Shown here: in pieces, positions 62,667-63,668 of the stretch
Layout: each line of letters opens with the position of its first letter
Position numbering within the stretch: position 1 is the stretch's first letter
Origin: a virus
Lineage: Duplodnaviria; Caudoviricetes
Direction: 5' to 3' (one strand)
IMG/VR virus record: IMGVR_UViG_3300049432_000050
Location: 1-63,668 of that record
Length of the DNA: 63,668 nt
The notes under the pieces: model-generated
Databases searched by the model: none
Told to the model about the DNA's origin: nothing
Seen by the model: only the letters and a program-made list of their open reading frames with translations
Translations under genes and position numbers: made by a program

Positions 62667-62947
62667 GCTGGGAGCCCGAGGTTGTGCGCGGGTTCGGTGC
62701 CGTGGCGGCGCGCGATCCTGACGGCCTGCTTGTGCCAGCACGGCCCGTTCGCGGGGCAATCGCAGCTCATGTGGTCGGCGCCGTCGATGCGTTCCACGGT
62801 GACCTTGTAGAAGCTGCCGGGGGTGTCGCCCTGCACGCCGTAGGTACGGACGTGCGGGAGGAACCGGACGCGACCTTCCGCGTGACGGTTGGCGGCCTTG
62901 CGGGCGAGACGTGGACTCAGCGGGCGGTGCTCGGGGACGACGCTCAT
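62663..62947 (-). CDS. SWIM zinc-finger protein
   Basis: YKVTV...SCDCPANGPCWH. Confidence 0.8.
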   Translation of the reverse strand: MSVVPEHRPLSPRLARKAANRHAEGRVRFLPHVRTYGVQGDTPGSFYKVTVERIDGADHMSCDCPANGPCWHKQAVRIARRHGTEPAHNLGLPA

Positions 62948-63123
62948 CGTGAGTCTCCGTGGTCGTAGAGGTCTCCGGCTAGCGCTGCAGCTGCGGCGTC
63001 GGACTCCGTTTCGTATTCGCCGGCCATCCACTGAATGAAGTAGGTCCAGGCATCGAAGAGGCCGTAGCGGTATGACTTGATGGTGTAGCCGTTGATCGTC
63101 TCGTGGGTACGAATCGTGATCAT
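62944..63123 (-). CDS. Hypothetical protein
   Basis: GGAGG RBS. Confidence 0.65.
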   Translation of the reverse strand: MITIRTHETINGYTIKSYRYGLFDAWTYFIQWMAGEYETESDAAAAALAGDLYDHGDSR

Positions 63124-63200
63124 GGTTGCCTCCAAGTGGCGTGACACGTTGCGCGGGCCATGTGCGGCGTGACGCGCTGCTTGTCCGGGACGGTCATCGC

Positions 63201-63656
63201 TCAGCCTTCGGTCGGGTGTGCATGGTCGGGATGCTTCGTGGCCATGTGCCGCTGGAGGTTCGTGAACGACCGGTTGCAGCACGGGCAGACGCCGTTACCG
63301 ACGCGCTTGCGTTCCTTGTCGCGCTGGTTGCGAGCACGGGTCGCGGCGGCACGCTGCGCGCGTTCAGACGCCCGGATCTGATCGCGCTCGGCGGCAATCC
63401 GGCCGGACCGTTGGCGTTCGCGCTCAAGCTGCTCACGCAGGGCATCCTCGTCGCTCGGACCGAGGAACGTCGCTGAATGCCCGTTCGGGCAATACCAGCT
63501 GATCTTCGCATGGCCGGCGCGTTTGGCGTCGGCATACAGGCGGGACGGGATGGCGTGCGTTATTGAGCAGCCTTCGCGTGGACAGACGACGATGGTGAGG
63601 TCGGTCTCGGCGGCGTACACGAAGCCTTGCTGGACGCGACGGAGTTCTGTGACGTG
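63201..63656 (-). CDS. Zinc-finger/coiled-coil protein (3' part; starts at 132 across the junction)
   Basis: CPREGC, YCPNGH, CPCCNRSFTNLQRHMATKH (C2H2). Confidence 0.8.
   Translation of the reverse strand, partial: HVTELRRVQQGFVYAAETDLTIVVCPREGCSITHAIPSRLYADAKRAGHAKISWYCPNGHSATFLGPSDEDALREQLERERQRSGRIAAERDQIRASERAQRAAATRARNQRDKERKRVGNGVCPCCNRSFTNLQRHMATKHPDHAHPTEG
63531..63656. repeat. Terminal direct repeat, right copy
   Basis: Identical to 1-126. Confidence 0.97.
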
Positions 63657-63668
63657 AGATCGGAAGAG
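63657..63668 (+). other. Illumina adapter remnant AGATCGGAAGAG (artifact)
   Basis: Exact match to the start of the TruSeq adapter. Confidence 0.95.

Overview
The window is an essentially complete, circularly assembled genome (63,530 bp unit length) of a high-GC siphovirus, probably infecting an Actinomycetota host. Bases 1-126 are repeated at 63531-63656 and followed by 12 nt of Illumina adapter, and one gene reads across the junction. Modules in order: two divergent collagen-like/membrane cassettes plus holin and amidase endolysin (1.1-4.6 kb); a rearranged replication-initiator region with a candidate origin (4.8-6.4 kb); a long rightward early operon with an atypical OmpR-type regulator, RecT-like and Cas4-like proteins, RusA, a secreted metzincin and a stand-alone Rpf-like transglycosylase (6.5-22 kb); packaging and head genes (22.3-29.2 kb); a LamG/Ala-Pro-Ser-Thr fibre module and a cassette of six glycosyltransferases plus one methyltransferase inside the head-tail connector genes (29.3-38.7 kb); tail genes with a canonical -1 frameshift (38.6-50.2 kb); and a leftward arm with an FtsK/TraB-like translocase and two DNA methyltransferase loci (53-63 kb). 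I recognise no integrase, DNA polymerase, helicase, tRNA or CRISPR array. The methyltransferase arm is the most unusual part: an amino-MTase interrupted by Pro-STOP-Ala-Pro (candidate ribosomal hop or readthrough), a C5-MTase encoded in two fully overlapping frames, and an HNH cassette that appears to have inserted into the C5-MTase 3' end while supplying a replacement C-terminus for both frames. Several repeated RNA-structure motifs and a candidate ncRNA are also visible. All product calls come from motif recognition by eye; no database searches were run.
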